Shown here in pieces: positions 39,201 through 49,809 of a stretch of 64,000 nucleotides of DNA (the stretch's first letter is position 1; every line of letters starts with the position of its first letter). The DNA is from Phoronis australis (lineage: Eukaryota; Animalia; Phoronida). The stretch is from the NCBI GenBank assembly GCA_002633005.1, contig NMRA01000380.1, positions 124,001-188,000 of the forward strand. Direction: 5' to 3'. The position numbers were made by a program, and so were the translations under genes. Under the pieces are notes generated by a model. That model did no database searches and was not told the origin of the DNA. It worked only from the letters and a program-made list of their open reading frames with translations.

Positions 39201-41904
39201 CCCAAGCCAGTGTGTCCCGTTTATGCTTATGTCATGGCCAGTGTTGCGGATCCCTCCTACCCTTGCATTTTTAACCATATGCCTCACACTAATTAAACCA
39301 TCGAAGTCACGTTGCTACAAGTACTTTTGTATGCATAGAGGGACACATTCCTTTCAACTGGAGGAAATACTCCTGTAATCAAACATTGTTTTTGATCAGT
39401 CCTTCATTCATTTGCCCAAATCGGCAACTGAACATTTTTACATTGCTCGGGCCAAGAGATATGATGACCACAGTATCTAATGTAAGTGAGAGTGTGACAC
39501 TGTCTATTGCGGTTAATGAGACATCATTCGGAATAACAAAATAAAAAGTCACGTGATCATGTCTTTCTAATGAAATTTAGCATCAAATGACCAAATTTTG
39601 TTTAAAATCAATGTTCAACGTGAAATCACAAAAACTAGTTTAGAGTTTCGTAAATTGCCATCTTGTTTCCGTTTTATGCAAGCTTTCATTTTTTCATGAA
39701 AATTATAGAAGTCCTGTTTATAAGCATTTTAAAAGCCATTCTGAACAGCGTTTTAGATAACAGTACGGCAGCTGGTAATAAATCATTAACATACATTACC
39801 ACATTCAGTGAACCAGTATTTCCAGGAATTAAGTTACTAAACATAAGTTGCATTATTCCATTCAAATTCATAAGATCACATTTATCACGAAAAAAGTTTG
39901 GTCACTGTAGGTTTCATGTCGTGTTTGCAATAATGTCAAAAACTTGGCTATTCTAAACATAGTTCCTAAAACATTGTTTTTTATCGCAATCCAAGCATTC
40001 CATCCCACAATGCCAAGTAAAAATTTTACTAAGTCGATGATGACATGCTTGTCCTCTGCTGTATTTTGTGTTGTATAAGTTGCCGAATCCTTGTATTTTA
40101 CGGTCTTTGGTCTGTCTTGAATTAATCGCAATTGAAACTATGCAAGATTCTGGCGAGTTTTCACTTAGTATTGATTTTTCCACAAACACGTTGAGGTCGT
40201 TGGCATTCAATAACAAGTGTTTCAGACTTTTCTTCGGGCACTGATAAATTATTGTGCGGTTATTGTTAGAAAATGATGAGGATGATGAGACACGCGGCTT
40301 GAAAATTTTGGTTTCGATGTAAAATATGGAGATTCTGTTGAATGTTACTCTTAAGTTTTATTTGAGATATTCAAGTTTGCAATTAATCCAGGATAATGTA
40401 AATTGTTAAGTCGTAGCAAGATTTCGTTAATTTTTCTTTGCTTTGTTATAAATTCATTTTTGATGTCAAAAACATAGCCTTGTATATTGAGTAAACTTAG
40501 GAATTTCAAATAATTCTGTCGGAAATGTTTTACATTTTACGTCTTTCGATCACCTTCACGTTTGAAAACCAATCATTATAATTGGATTAAAACTAACTTG
40601 GACAGTGGCAGACTATTTCACATTGAATGAGATTAAACAACCAAATGAGAAATCCGTGCGTAAACATTGCTAATTTCTCAAATCAGATTACAAAAAAAAC
40701 GTGTTTTGCATATAATTTTGCTCGAAATTATGTATATTTTTATTGTTCAAGTTCCTCTGGCCTGTAATAGAATGGACCGGATTTGAGTACCGAGACCTGT
40801 TTTAGCAGTAGCTTAAAACAAATTTTACAGGAACCCCGATTTTGAGAACAAGTTTGATGCTCATTCTTCAGGGAAGGAAACTGGTTCTCAAAATACGGGA
40901 CCTTTGTAAGTGACCTTAATCAAATTTTTACAGAGATGCTGACACACATTAAATACATTGACCATCTGATAAACTTACGTTCCATACTTCAGTCACAAAA
41001 TACAGAGTTCTGGTTATCTTATCCGTCATTAAAATTATATTTCATTTAAATATCAAGGACACAAAGCGATATATACATTTACGTAAGAAATAAAAGCTCA
41101 TTTGTCTATTACTTGCACGCCTATTGATGTCCATTACTCAAAGCAGCTGTATTATTATTCGTTTGAACTCCAAGAGCGCAGTTCGAACTGTTTAAACCGC
41201 CATGATGGTATCGGTGCTGAAGTTGTTCAGATGTGATATTGAGCCATTACGTAGGACCCCAGAAAAATGTCCAAATTTGGCTAATTTCGGAAAGTCATAA
41301 CTCAAACGCGGTTGGATTCATATGAATCTTTACCACACCATGCTGTGTGCGCTGTTCTCCATTACGCTCTTAGAAATTTTTTACAATGTTCCGCTTTTGC
41401 AAAATAGGGCTTTTAGGGATTTTACGAAAAAATATACATAAGGTGCATCAAACGAAAATATCTTTTTGAAAACTGAAAAAGCGTTTTTGTCATTTTATAT
41501 TGTATTAATTATGATGCAATTACTTTCAGAAAACATATAATTTTAGAAAATTGATTCCAATAGTTTGTGCATGTACATGTATGAATTTAGCTTAATGGAC
41601 AGACTTGTCGTTAAGATCCTGAAAAAACCTTAAAGAGGGAGATTTGTATAAGAAAAGTCGGCAATGTCACCCTCAATATGAGTTGTTTCAGTTTCTCACA
41701 AGGAATGTAGCAGTTACATGTTTCATAAAAGCCTCAGGCTCCTTCAAAATTATACCTTACGCTCACCTTTGCCAAGCACGTTGCCTGACACTGGGCCTTT
41801 AGCGTCCAATCTCTGTACCCCAAATTTGCAGACGTTACACTCTTGGTCTCTAGATAAATGAAAATTGCAGCCAGGGCAATACACGAAAATACGCCCTTTG
41901 GCAT
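4563..41904 (-). CDS. Multi-exon receptor tyrosine kinase (Torso/Ret/Cad96Ca-like kinase; Cys-box + FN3 ectodomain), about 950 aa
   Basis: 19 exons with GT-AG sites. Phases join everywhere except one junction in the kinase insert, where an extra phase 0->1 exon is needed. Signal peptide, TM helix and kinase motifs [37 protein letters not shown] are present. Confidence 0.92.
4815..4961. mobile_element. Harbinger-like MITE, family copy 1
   Basis: GGC..GTTGCATAAAA...TTTTATGCAACC..CC ends with CWG flanks; homologous copies at 16195 and 63945. Confidence 0.65.
5985..6660 (-). mobile_element. Copia-type LTR retrotransposon RNase H remnant
   Basis: [13 protein letters not shown] ... [15 protein letters not shown] ... 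[13 protein letters not shown] ... LPNCMSKR; frameshifted and split by a MITE. Confidence 0.75.
6325..6485. mobile_element. GC-rich CAG...CTG MITE nested in the Copia remnant
   Basis: Reverse-complement homolog of 31523-31677. Confidence 0.7.
7208..7369 (-). CDS. RTK exon (alphaH-alphaI and tail tyrosines)
   Basis: [38 protein letters not shown]...[10 protein letters not shown]; donor GTAAG, phase 2. Confidence 0.93.
8304..8441 (-). CDS. RTK exon (alphaF-alphaG)
   Basis: [45 protein letters not shown](M); phase 2/2. Not in the ORF track. Confidence 0.95.
8725..9612. mobile_element. Non-autonomous DNA transposon with 7-bp TSD
   Basis: CAGTGGCGGAT...ATCCGCCTATG with ATCTATT on both flanks; contains a tRNA-like B-box piece near 9000 and an N gap. 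Confidence 0.65.
9904..10118 (-). CDS. RTK exon (catalytic and activation loops)
   Basis: [20 protein letters not shown]...[34 protein letters not shown]...KSDV; phase 0/2. Confidence 0.96.
10683..10759 (-). CDS. RTK exon (alphaE)
   Basis: TTACAG|[26 protein letters not shown]|GTAAT; LLSYAxQIAxGM kinase motif; phase 1/0. Confidence 0.9.
11344..11466 (-). CDS. RTK kinase-insert exon
   Basis: TTTTTTAG|[41 protein letters not shown]|GTAAGT; only the phase 1/1 frame is open. Confidence 0.65.
11690..11790. repeat. Dispersed repeat, inverted copy at about 35350-35440
   Basis: GCAGCATTCTTGACACACCTTC...CCAAGCCGCCATTTT..CCGACAAACAACACGTTG shared. Confidence 0.7.
12150..13270 (-). mobile_element. 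Degenerate SWIM-finger ORF, like the second (SWIM/YqaJ) ORF of ISL2EU-type transposons
   Basis: SYVRDVRI...[16 protein letters not shown] then, after a frameshift, NAICSCEAG (CxCxAG SWIM start); stops and frameshifts. Confidence 0.5.
14305..14362 (-). CDS. Candidate kinase-insert exon (phase 0->1)
   Basis: Open 58-nt segment with a good GTGAGT donor and the right phases, but it implies a 52-nt upstream intron and a weak acceptor. Confidence 0.3.
14415..14602 (-). CDS. RTK exon 13 (alphaC to alphaD)
   Basis: (D)[34 protein letters not shown]...[19 protein letters not shown]|GTAAG; phase 1/0. Confidence 0.93.
15234..15279. repeat. (GA)n microsatellite abutting an assembly gap
   Basis: Direct reading. 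Confidence 0.95.
15329..15599 (-). CDS. RTK exon 12 (juxtamembrane, Gly loop, VAVK)
   Basis: [10 protein letters not shown]...[12 protein letters not shown]...VAVKMLK|GTGAG; phase 0/1. Confidence 0.93.
16195..16344. mobile_element. Harbinger-like MITE, family copy 2
   Basis: Homologous to 4815-4961; CAG/CTG flanks. Confidence 0.65.
16694..16792. mobile_element. GC-rich MITE with 5-bp TSD
   Basis: CAGTGGCGGAT...ATCCGCGCCTG flanked by AGTAT/AGTAT. Confidence 0.7.
17293..17444 (-). CDS. RTK exon 11 (transmembrane)
   Basis: Hydrophobic [21 protein letters not shown] followed by basic RVARSSKLK; donor GTAAG; tandem TAGTAG acceptor. Confidence 0.88.
18326..18512 (-). CDS. RTK exon 10 (FN3-like 3 end and stalk)
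   Basis: [28 protein letters not shown]...SSQLT|GTAC; phase 0/1; an alternative in-frame acceptor 6 nt downstream is possible. Confidence 0.8.
19238..19428 (-). CDS. RTK exon 9 (FN3-like 3 start)
   Basis: TTTTTCCAG|(A)[28 protein letters not shown]...SHYILGW...SMDK|GTTAG; phase 1/0. Confidence 0.87.
20013..20178 (-). CDS. RTK exon 8 (FN3-like 2 end)
   Basis: TTTCAG|[25 protein letters not shown]...[17 protein letters not shown]|GTATT; FN3 motif GLxxxxTYxVxIxA; phase 0/1. Confidence 0.87.
21794..21852 (-). CDS. RTK exon 7 (short)
   Basis: TTTTAAG|(D)[19 protein letters not shown]|GTGAGT; supplies the required phase 1->0 link. Confidence 0.65.
22173..22318. mobile_element. hAT-type MITE
   Basis: TIR (T/C)AGTGCTGTAGTGG...CCACTACAGCACTG; 8-bp TSD CTAGCAAG/CTAGTAAG. 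Confidence 0.75.
22690..22828 (-). mobile_element. tRNA-derived SINE fragment
   Basis: A box TGGCCTAGTG and B box GGTTCGAGTCC; no complete cloverleaf; AT-rich tail. Confidence 0.6.
23195..23290 (-). CDS. RTK exon 6 (FN3-like 2 start)
   Basis: TTTCAG|(I)[31 protein letters not shown]|GTAAAA; phase 1/1; PPPxN...W FN3 pattern. Confidence 0.82.
23551..23677 (-). CDS. RTK exon 5 (FN3-like 1, second half)
   Basis: TTTCAG|[42 protein letters not shown]|GTAAAA; phase 0/1. Confidence 0.8.
23741..23931. repeat. 25-bp minisatellite (about 7.5 units)
   Basis: Unit CACTCTTTAGCTAGACATCTCA(A/C)TT, nearly perfect. Confidence 0.95.
24150..24900 (-). mobile_element. Highly degenerate LINE reverse transcriptase
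   Basis: Remnants of NYRxISLL (near 24800) and IRFLLADD (near 24400) in the expected order. Confidence 0.45.
25388..25700. repeat. 34-bp minisatellite (about 9 units)
   Basis: Unit ATTATGACTCCTACACGGTATCTGAATACAATGC. Confidence 0.95.
26598..26967. mobile_element. Tc1/mariner-like MITE
   Basis: CCGAAAATTTCTGAAAA ... TTTTCAGAAATTCACGG followed by TA. Confidence 0.45.
27037..27227 (-). CDS. RTK exon 4 (FN3-like 1, first half)
   Basis: TTTTGTAG|(E)SDVLRHVNC...[23 protein letters not shown]|GTGAGT; phase 1/0. Confidence 0.82.
27769..28158. mobile_element. Harbinger-like non-autonomous element
   Basis: TIR GGTTGCATGAAACAGT...ACTGTTTCATGCAACT; interior homologous (inverted) to about 54250-54620. 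Confidence 0.6.
29452..29521 (-). CDS. RTK exon 3 (end of Cys box)
   Basis: TTTTCTAG|[23 protein letters not shown]|GTAAG; 70 nt, phase 0/1. Confidence 0.8.
30074..30237. mobile_element. Fully palindromic MITE (about 165-bp hairpin)
   Basis: ATAGATTATTACATG...CATGTAATAATCTAT with pairing along almost the whole length. Confidence 0.75.
31523..31677. mobile_element. GC-rich CAG...CTG MITE
   Basis: Homolog of 6325-6485. Confidence 0.7.
32468..32587 (-). CDS. RTK exon 2 (Cys box)
   Basis: TTTCTAG|[40 protein letters not shown]|GTAAGT; 120 nt, phase 0/0. Confidence 0.82.
38585..38660. repeat. CCCTCGACC short-repeat cluster, probably transposon subterminal repeats
   Basis: About 7 imperfect copies. 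Confidence 0.6.
39660..40560 (-). mobile_element. Degenerate L1/Tx1-like ORF2, post-RT region
   Basis: Broken AT-rich coding remnants ([14 protein letters not shown]...LNV, KTLFR); family call is tentative. Confidence 0.4.
41767..41904 (-). CDS. RTK coding exon 1: signal peptide and start of Cys box
   Basis: ATG at 41904; [46 protein letters not shown]; donor GTGAG, phase 0; a TTTCAG acceptor 9 nt upstream of the ATG implies a 5'UTR exon. Not in the ORF track. Confidence 0.8.
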
Positions 41905-42531
41905 GCTGACGTTCTGAAACGGTTAAAAAGTCACATCACACGTATAATCTAACTGATAGAAAAGCTCAAGGTAACAGAAGGTTTAAGAACTAACCACGGT
42001 GACGACATAAAAGTAAAACCTTAAAAGGCCGAGAATGTATTAACTTTGATGTTTCTGATGAAGCCATCTAAATAAAGTTAATTACTTTGGTTTCAGACAG
42101 CTAATTAAAATGCTGAAGCCCTTTCTTTATTCGTACTCCGTCGCGCCACCCAAAATGCATGGCATAAAATCAACACTGCTGATAAGGTTTTGATCAAAAT
42201 ATTACTTTTAATTTATTTGACGCCTATTTGCGTCCTCGGTACTACACGTAAAAAAGAGACTAATATGGAAAAAAGATTTCACGTAATACCAAAAACATCG
42301 GCGTAATTCAGCATTTGATTGAAACAAGTGTCTTAGATAAGATATTTCAAAGATCTTGTCTCAGTACTACCCTCGAAATTTCAATCGAACATGAAATGAT
42401 CACCTTTTTCTGTGATTCACAGTGAAATTCAAGCTTAAGTGAAGCAAAAAAGAACACCAGCGCTATAATAGTAGTTGCAGCAACAACAATTCCTTAAACT
42501 TTGCGAGCTGTTCTTCAGTTAATCTTCTTAC

Positions 42532-42660
42532 CTGTAATAAATATTGCGACTTACTGCTGTTTACGAAAGGTGTTCCAGCGCCTGACTGATAAAACACCTT
42601 AATAGCGGAATGACTTGTGAGCACGTGACAGCTGAGGCCAGGCGCATTGAACAGGAATTC
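42532..42660 (-). other. Candidate 5'UTR exon / promoter of the RTK
   Basis: Two strong donors (CAG|GTAAG after 42532, GCA|GTAAGT after 42555) upstream of the ATG exon's acceptor; 5' limit unknown. Confidence 0.3.
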
Positions 42661-43149
42661 TCAAAGATAATGAATCGGTGAGGTAGGCACTGATTACATT
42701 ATTCATGTTTTGTGCCTAATGTCAATATCATAACACATAATCGAGGAATGTGCAAAAATTAAAGCAACACACGCTATTGTAAATCTTAATAGATATCATC
42801 GATTCAAATTGCTTGATATCCCTTTTAATGATCTTTCATTGTCCTTGATTCCTTTAAATCAACAAATATTCTTTTATTTCATTTCTGTTCGCGGTTGCTT
42901 GGGGACCGGTTGTAAGCTTCTATTGCACTCTTTTTGCTACCACTTCGCTCTATGATAATAAAATTGTGAAAGCGTAATTTATGATTGCACGTGTGTCAAG
43001 CAAAGCAGAATATGTCACTAATTTCCATCAAGACCAAACTGAACATCAAGCGATTGCCCTGTTAGCATTAATGTTTCCGTTTTTTAGAAAACTGAATGTC
43101 CTTCTGTAAGGCTGTCCGAAAGAACAAAATCAAAATTATTATGCTATGC

Positions 43150-44200
43150 AACATCGCTCAAAAAGTCATTGCCACCATGCCATTATAATTATGTCCGAAG
43201 GTATGTGGAACATAAACAGCACTCTCTTCATACAGTCACAAAATTTTGCCGCTTCAATTCAGTCGAAGGGTTCCTCCCACTTCCACCTGAATATTGAAAC
43301 CGAAGCAGTTCAATACTATAGAAATTTTGTGATTCAAACCATTTCTCGCTTTCACGTTTAATCAGGTAAGTGAAAAGAGAATGCTATTACTTCTACTACG
43401 GTTGTGTTCATCTGCAGTCAACTGTTCCTCACATATTCCTCTTTAACCCGAACAATAATTGGAACTTCGGATGGATACTCTGCATCGACTGTATGCATGT
43501 TGGTTGCACGTGACATAGGGGGTTTAGGGCGCTATAGGGTCCATTCCGTTCGCTAGGGACACTATGCTGTCACCATGCATTTTTGGCTAAAGTGGAAATT
43601 TCACTTCGTAAATTGTGAATGGCTTCTCCGCTTACATCGTAGATCCCCCAGTGTATGGCATAGGTCCGCGTATCTATGCCCATGCACCAACATGTGAAGT
43701 TGCGCCAATATCGGTAACTTAAGGCACCGTGTGAGAATAGCTTAAGTAAAACAGAGATGGCACTTTTGAAAACAACCATAGGTGTGACGTGTATTCAACT
43801 TAGCATTGACTAATGAAAGATTCAAATGTGAATAAAGGAAGCGCCAAGAACAGCCAGTTTCAGACACGCTCAAATACGTGTCCGTCTGAACACATCAGTG
43901 AAGTTGAGGCTAAATGCGAAACACTTGGCCCCTTAATGTGGAATGGCATGAAATTAAAAAGGAGGAAGATATCAGTTACATTTGATTTCATCAAGGCGGA
44001 TCCCTTGGCATGGCGTGATATATAAGTTCTCAAAACAGGAGAGACCAGCAGTTGATTTCATTTTCGTGTCTCCCTCTGAGGGCGGGTTCACGTTCGGTGA
44101 AAGGATCCACAAATTCAAAAATAAAGAAAAAGAGTTGGCGTCATCATGGGGGCACTGCATGAAAGAATGAACTATAACAAAAACAATGGATAAGACTGGT
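43150..44200 (+). mobile_element. Possible very old Gypsy pol remnant
   Basis: QYYRNFV, VDPPVYGIG (xDASxYGIG-like) and SLSKTE in the expected order; weak. Confidence 0.25.
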
Positions 44201-47162
44201 AGCTGATTCTATCATCAAACCTTTCTGTTAAGATGAAAGGTGACAAAGCAATTGAAGAGCGACAGTTGATGCTATAATCGGTATACCATTGTTATCAAAG
44301 GATAGTCGTTTGAAAACACGACACCAAATGTAATTGACGATATCATTGCGGTCACCTCCACCAGGGAGCGTTCCTCAATATAAGCTGGTACCATTTCATG
44401 GATTTATGAGCAACATAAACACAAACACCAGTGTCTTTGCATCCTCTAAAAATTCCTTTTGAGTCTGTGCAAATCACTTTTTATGGGACGGCTGGAAGTT
44501 GGAATGTACTAATAGATACGTCTTACATGAAAGCATTTGCCGCACGATGCTGGTAATTTTCTAAGGAACTTGCGCGCACCTTATTATACATGGTACATTG
44601 CATGCCCACCATCAGGAATAAGTAAACTATTGTTAAACTGTTCTCAGCTTTTCTGGACAGGGTAATTGGTTTCTGCTGAGGTAAACCTACTAAAGGGGTC
44701 ACTACTAGCCACAGCTGTCATCAAAGCTTGTAATGCAACTGATGGAAGGCCGCAAGATTTTTTAAACCTTAGAACACGACTTCAAACTGATTTCTAGAAG
44801 CTGTGAAATTTAAAAATACGTCAAGCGTAAAAAAGTGTAAATGAAATTCCTCAGCCCCCCATTCATACATGTGTGTGAGCGCACTAAAAATGTTCCTTTG
44901 CCGGCTTTTTTGGAATGTCAAAGAAATCGTATTTTGCCCTGACAGCTAGGCCTGCCTTGCACAGCAGACTTACAATTAAGGCCAATTACAATTGCTAAAC
45001 GCAACGTCTTCTGTGTTCTCACAACGCTAAAGGGTTGTTTGTGGAATATTTCCCGCTATCGAGCTACAGTGTAGGTACAGAGTACAGATTTGTGATAAAG
45101 CCGGTGAATAAGAAATCCTTGGTCAGGAGTCAAATTTGTGCCTATTTGCTGTTGTTCAAATAACGACCGTGGCAAACAATAATGAACTGCCGTATCTACG
45201 GAAGCCCAAAATAGCCAAAATAGAGTAGCTTTATAGCGGTAAGTGGTCTAAATGAAAACTATTTTTGGGAAGAAAGCGGCTTCATAGCATCTTTAAAAGT
45301 AGCCAGGAAGTGATGACGTAGATCAACTGTTGGCTTTTACATAGACACTCTCCACATTTGGGTACATACTAACCCACTGGTAACTCCGAAAAAGGGCGTA
45401 CATGTAGCTTCGTCTTATTGGCTGTATAATTGGTAGATATCTTACTTTTCAAAACGTACATATCTTTTCTGGGCAACGCCTTGTGTATTCAGAAACAACA
45501 CTATAGCTAAAACGCGTAATAAATACAGTGTGTAACTGTTGTTGTGCTTGAAATTAGCAGAATTTTATTCGATTATTCTCGAAATCGATAACTTAGGATA
45601 ATATTTTGATGCACACGAAGACCTCTTCGAATGAAACGTTTCCGGTGTGCACTGTGCAATTAGAAAAAAAAGATTTTGTGTGTCTTAACGTAAGTGGAGG
45701 AAATTAGTGTTATTACCAACGGCACATTAGGAAGGTGAGAAAGCGGACAACGATTATTTCAAGTGTACTTCCCGAGTACTTAAAATCTCAAAATACCCAT
45801 CCCGAATGCTAACTTGCCACGAAATGTTTTCTAGACATCATTCCCTAATCATTCATCCAGTGGTATAGCTAATAAATATCCTTTAATTTTTCAAGACCAG
45901 GATTATTCTTGAATTCTAATTTTGCACATCGCCTCCCTAGCAGGTTGCGAAAGCGTAGTTAGTAGAAGGCTCTCCAGCGGCATAGAAGGGCTTAAGTTAA
46001 GACCACAGACCAAAAGCCTTTGTGTCTATGAAACGATATTTCTGTATTTTCTTTTTAACTTAACGTGAATATCCATCTTAACTCAGAATTTTTTTAGGTA
46101 TAAGCCTTTTGTCACTTTTCATGAAACACGTTTATTAGTTCTCTGTGATGACACCGGATGTTAACGAATATATAACCTTCCCACAATTCATTCGGAAAAT
46201 GACAGCAGCACTTTAAACGAAATCCACAGAACCAGAAAAGTTATTTTTGGAACGCTTTTCAAACTATTGTACTGGGCAAGGCATTTTCAGTCGGTCCAAA
46301 TGCGAAACAAACCCGAGATCTGTTTAAAGGTGTGAAAAAAGATCTGCGTGTAAACTTCGCTTGCGTTTCTCTGTGCAGGTTATTGAAACCGAGCTCAACA
46401 TTGAACAGTATTCTGTTAGGAAACATCGAATATACAAGAACACGAGCATACCGTTCGGGAATGGGCCCTCTAAGTTTTGATCTGCAATGAATCCCCATAT
46501 CCGCCATAATTCTGCTTTCAATTGTATGTTGTTATACGAAATTGATAAATAAATTAAAGTAGTCATTCACCTCGTTTCCGGGACTTTTAATAAAATTTGT
46601 ATGCTTCTACTCAAAACAACGGTTTTATTTTAGTGACAACGTTGATCCGAATAGTTAATTGTATCACTTCCCATTACTTTGGCTAATTGTGCCTTTAATT
46701 TAGATTTGAGGAAAAAAACATTTGATAGATTCTGCTGTCTTCTCTCACAATGTTAGCCATTCGTCTATCATCAGCTTTAATTGTGGTCACTATTTTAAAT
46801 ATTTCGTCTTCCCACTGTCATCGTGTATTTGTTGTCGCAGAATGAGTTGCCAGCTTACCATAGAAGCATGTCATCCAATACTTTGATGCGTGGGGGAGCT
46901 TGGGGAGGCCCCACTCAAGTCGCAGGGTATAACAGCTGTGTATAAACAGCTAGTGCAATGAATAATTAGCCTAATACCAGGAACCCAGCCACAAACCCAT
47001 GTCCTCGTTCTGATGACTACAAATAACACCCGTAGCCAGATATGCAAGATTCATGTCCGTATAGTGTGACCATTGTAAACGAAGCTCACATGTTTCTCTG
47101 TGGTCGGAATAGTTTTCATTATGTTGTCCGATTCTGTAGCATTTGGTCTATAGGGTTTTTAA

Positions 47163-48750
47163 AGGAGCATACCACCCAAAACACAACCTAATTTGTATCA
47201 ATTTAGATCGAGTAGTTCTACTCCATGATGACACGTACGGTTGCGTTACCTGACACCTGTCGGCAGATGGAGGTGTTGAAATTATCCATTGACGTCATCG
47301 GTTTCACACGCAGTCTGTTCAGCAGTTCACAACACGGGTAACTGGTGTCAGCTTATGGCTTGAAGTCATCGTTTAACACCAATAAATCATCAAACTTCGA
47401 TGTAAAATCCTTTAAAATACACCGAGTTCTTATAAAAACGTGTTGTTTTATTTCGCTCTTACGGATTTATTATATTGGTATTTGGACCCAAAGTTCTAGC
47501 CTACAAAGTTCGGCAGGTCAATAAGGTCCGTAGCAGGGGTTTAGTGGGGTCTGTTCGGAGATAATTTCGAAGTACTTTCCGTGAGATACAGACAGGGGAA
47601 CCTAGATCTGTGTTGTTTAGACTTGTGATTTTTTGAGTTCTAAACACAAAACGCTTGTTATCCTGGTCAGTGGCTCGGATCCCGATCAGACATCACAAAC
47701 ATAAACCAGCTAAAGTTCAGTGGAAACTAAACTTCCAGTCAAGAAAATACTATACTAGTGAGCCAAAGTAATGTGCACGTGATTATGTTGGCGAATTAGC
47801 CACGAAACTGCAAATCTACTTACTCGGAGGCCGCAAGTTCAGGTTAACGTTCCGCTTTGGCGACAGCACCGTCAGGGCAGAAGTTTTGTACATATCATTA
47901 TTTGAGTAATGTAAATGTATATAAAGTTTCCCCTAACACCTGGTCGTGGGATGGAAATCGAGTTGTTTCACAATAGTTTCTTCCAGCACTAAATTAGCAT
48001 GATCTCACATGGCCTCGGTGTCCCGTCAATTAGTTTGCACCTAAAGCCGGTAACGCAGTGATTTATTCATTGCTGGCTTCTCAAATCATTTGCACTCACG
48101 AACACTAGCTCCAAAGGCATTACAAATTGCATCTAATGAGACAGACTTTGTTTCAGTTTTATATAAGTATTGGTTAGGTTGAGAACAATTCATTTTGAAA
48201 CAGAACGCTCGGTAATAAACGCCAACATGGCAACTCGCAATCCCGACTTAGGACGACCTAGAGCTCATCAGTCCCGACTTCGCTGGTGGGTCGTTAAGTT
48301 TCACAGGCTATCAATTCGAACATTAATACAGTGATTAAGAAATACTAGAGAGGCGCCGTCAACAAGCTCAGACAACGGAACGAATGGAGTTATTTGGTAA
48401 GCCGGCATTCGTCAGGCACTGTCGACGTCTGCAGGCCACAGACACGGAGATGTTTCACGGCCTCATACTTGCTATTTACAGCGTACAATTCATTCTTCCC
48501 TACCATGAGCCACTTCCTAAGCATTTCGGACTCTCGAGCTGCTTAGTTCGGACAAGCGGGTACGATGCACCGCAACATAGCGTCATTCACTCTGCACATG
48601 AACCACTGACGTTGCTAGCGTCGTTTCTCACCTTCTTCTCAGGTTAACGCGACCCCTCTTGGCAAGGTAAGGTCGACGGTATGCGAGACGATGTGGATAT
48701 AGACCGATTAAGACGGCAAAAAGACTACTTAAATCGGGTGGTATTCTCCT
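47163..48750 (-). mobile_element. Kolobok-like non-autonomous element, copy A (THAP remnant)
   Basis: TTAA|AGGAGCATACCACCC...GGGTGGTATTCTCCT|TTAA; homologous to copies B and C. Confidence 0.85.
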
Positions 48751-49449
48751 TTAAGTCCACTCACACCCACTACGATCATTGGATATGATATTGTTCGTTC
48801 CACGTTGGTAAACGAAAGCGTTTTACGCTCATGTCCGGTCTATTGATAACAATAATTGTGATTATTTATTAAAACGCTTTCCTGTCGTTGTATCCATAGG
48901 AATTATCGTGTTTAAAGTAAATGTTCGCAATGGTGCAACTCAGCTTCATGTGAATGTAAATTTGGTATCATTCTTAAAATTTGAGACCATTGCTGCCGGT
49001 CTTATAGCATAAATGTATTGTTTTAAACCATTTGTCGTCAGTAGGCCCTCAGAGTGTCACATAATATTGATCAGTGATGGTGTCTATGTGTTGATGACGG
49101 ATTTGAGCAAACGCCCATGTCATAAGCCTAAAGCTTTGGAGTTCTAATCTTACCGTCGGGGCCCAATCTCCTATTTTCTGAAAGTTGTTTGAATAAGTGT
49201 AAGAGATGCGTAGTGCGGGTAGGCAATTTGAATCTCTCTGTCCTTGTAATAATTCCGCTAAACATCGTGATTACGTCTATGTCAGAATTAAATCAAGTGT
49301 TGTTTTGCGCCACTGGTTAACCATCCTAATCCGCAAGTCAGCACTGAACTCCATTATATTCATATTTCTGTCAGCTGCGGTGAGCTTTTTAGAACATATC
49401 GTGATCATATATTTTTAATTGAAGTACAACAAAAAGATTATGTGCATGA

Positions 49450-49511
49450 GTGTTTGTGTGCGTGTGCGTGTGTGTCCGCGCGCGTGTGTGTGTGAGTATG
49501 TGTGTGTGTGT
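49450..49511. repeat. (GT)n/(GC)n microsatellite
   Basis: Direct reading. Confidence 0.85.
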
Positions 49512-49809
49512 TTGATTATGGCACAAAGTGGCTACCTCAATATGACTGCACACCTTGCAACTGACTACCTGAGACTCAACTAACTACATGACCCAAGTAG
49601 TCAATATTGGAGCAGCTAATAGAAACTACTACTGTAATTGAGGCTGTGGGATGTCTGAAATTGTTATTTATGAATGGTGTTACTTGATATCAAATGTCTG
49701 ATTTTGAGTGCCATCCACACAGTTCCACTAGCCAGAGTACACACACTTGGCATCAAGTGACCTACTTATGAAGAAGTGCGTGAGCCTGTTGTTACGTCAG
49801 GGTTATTAA

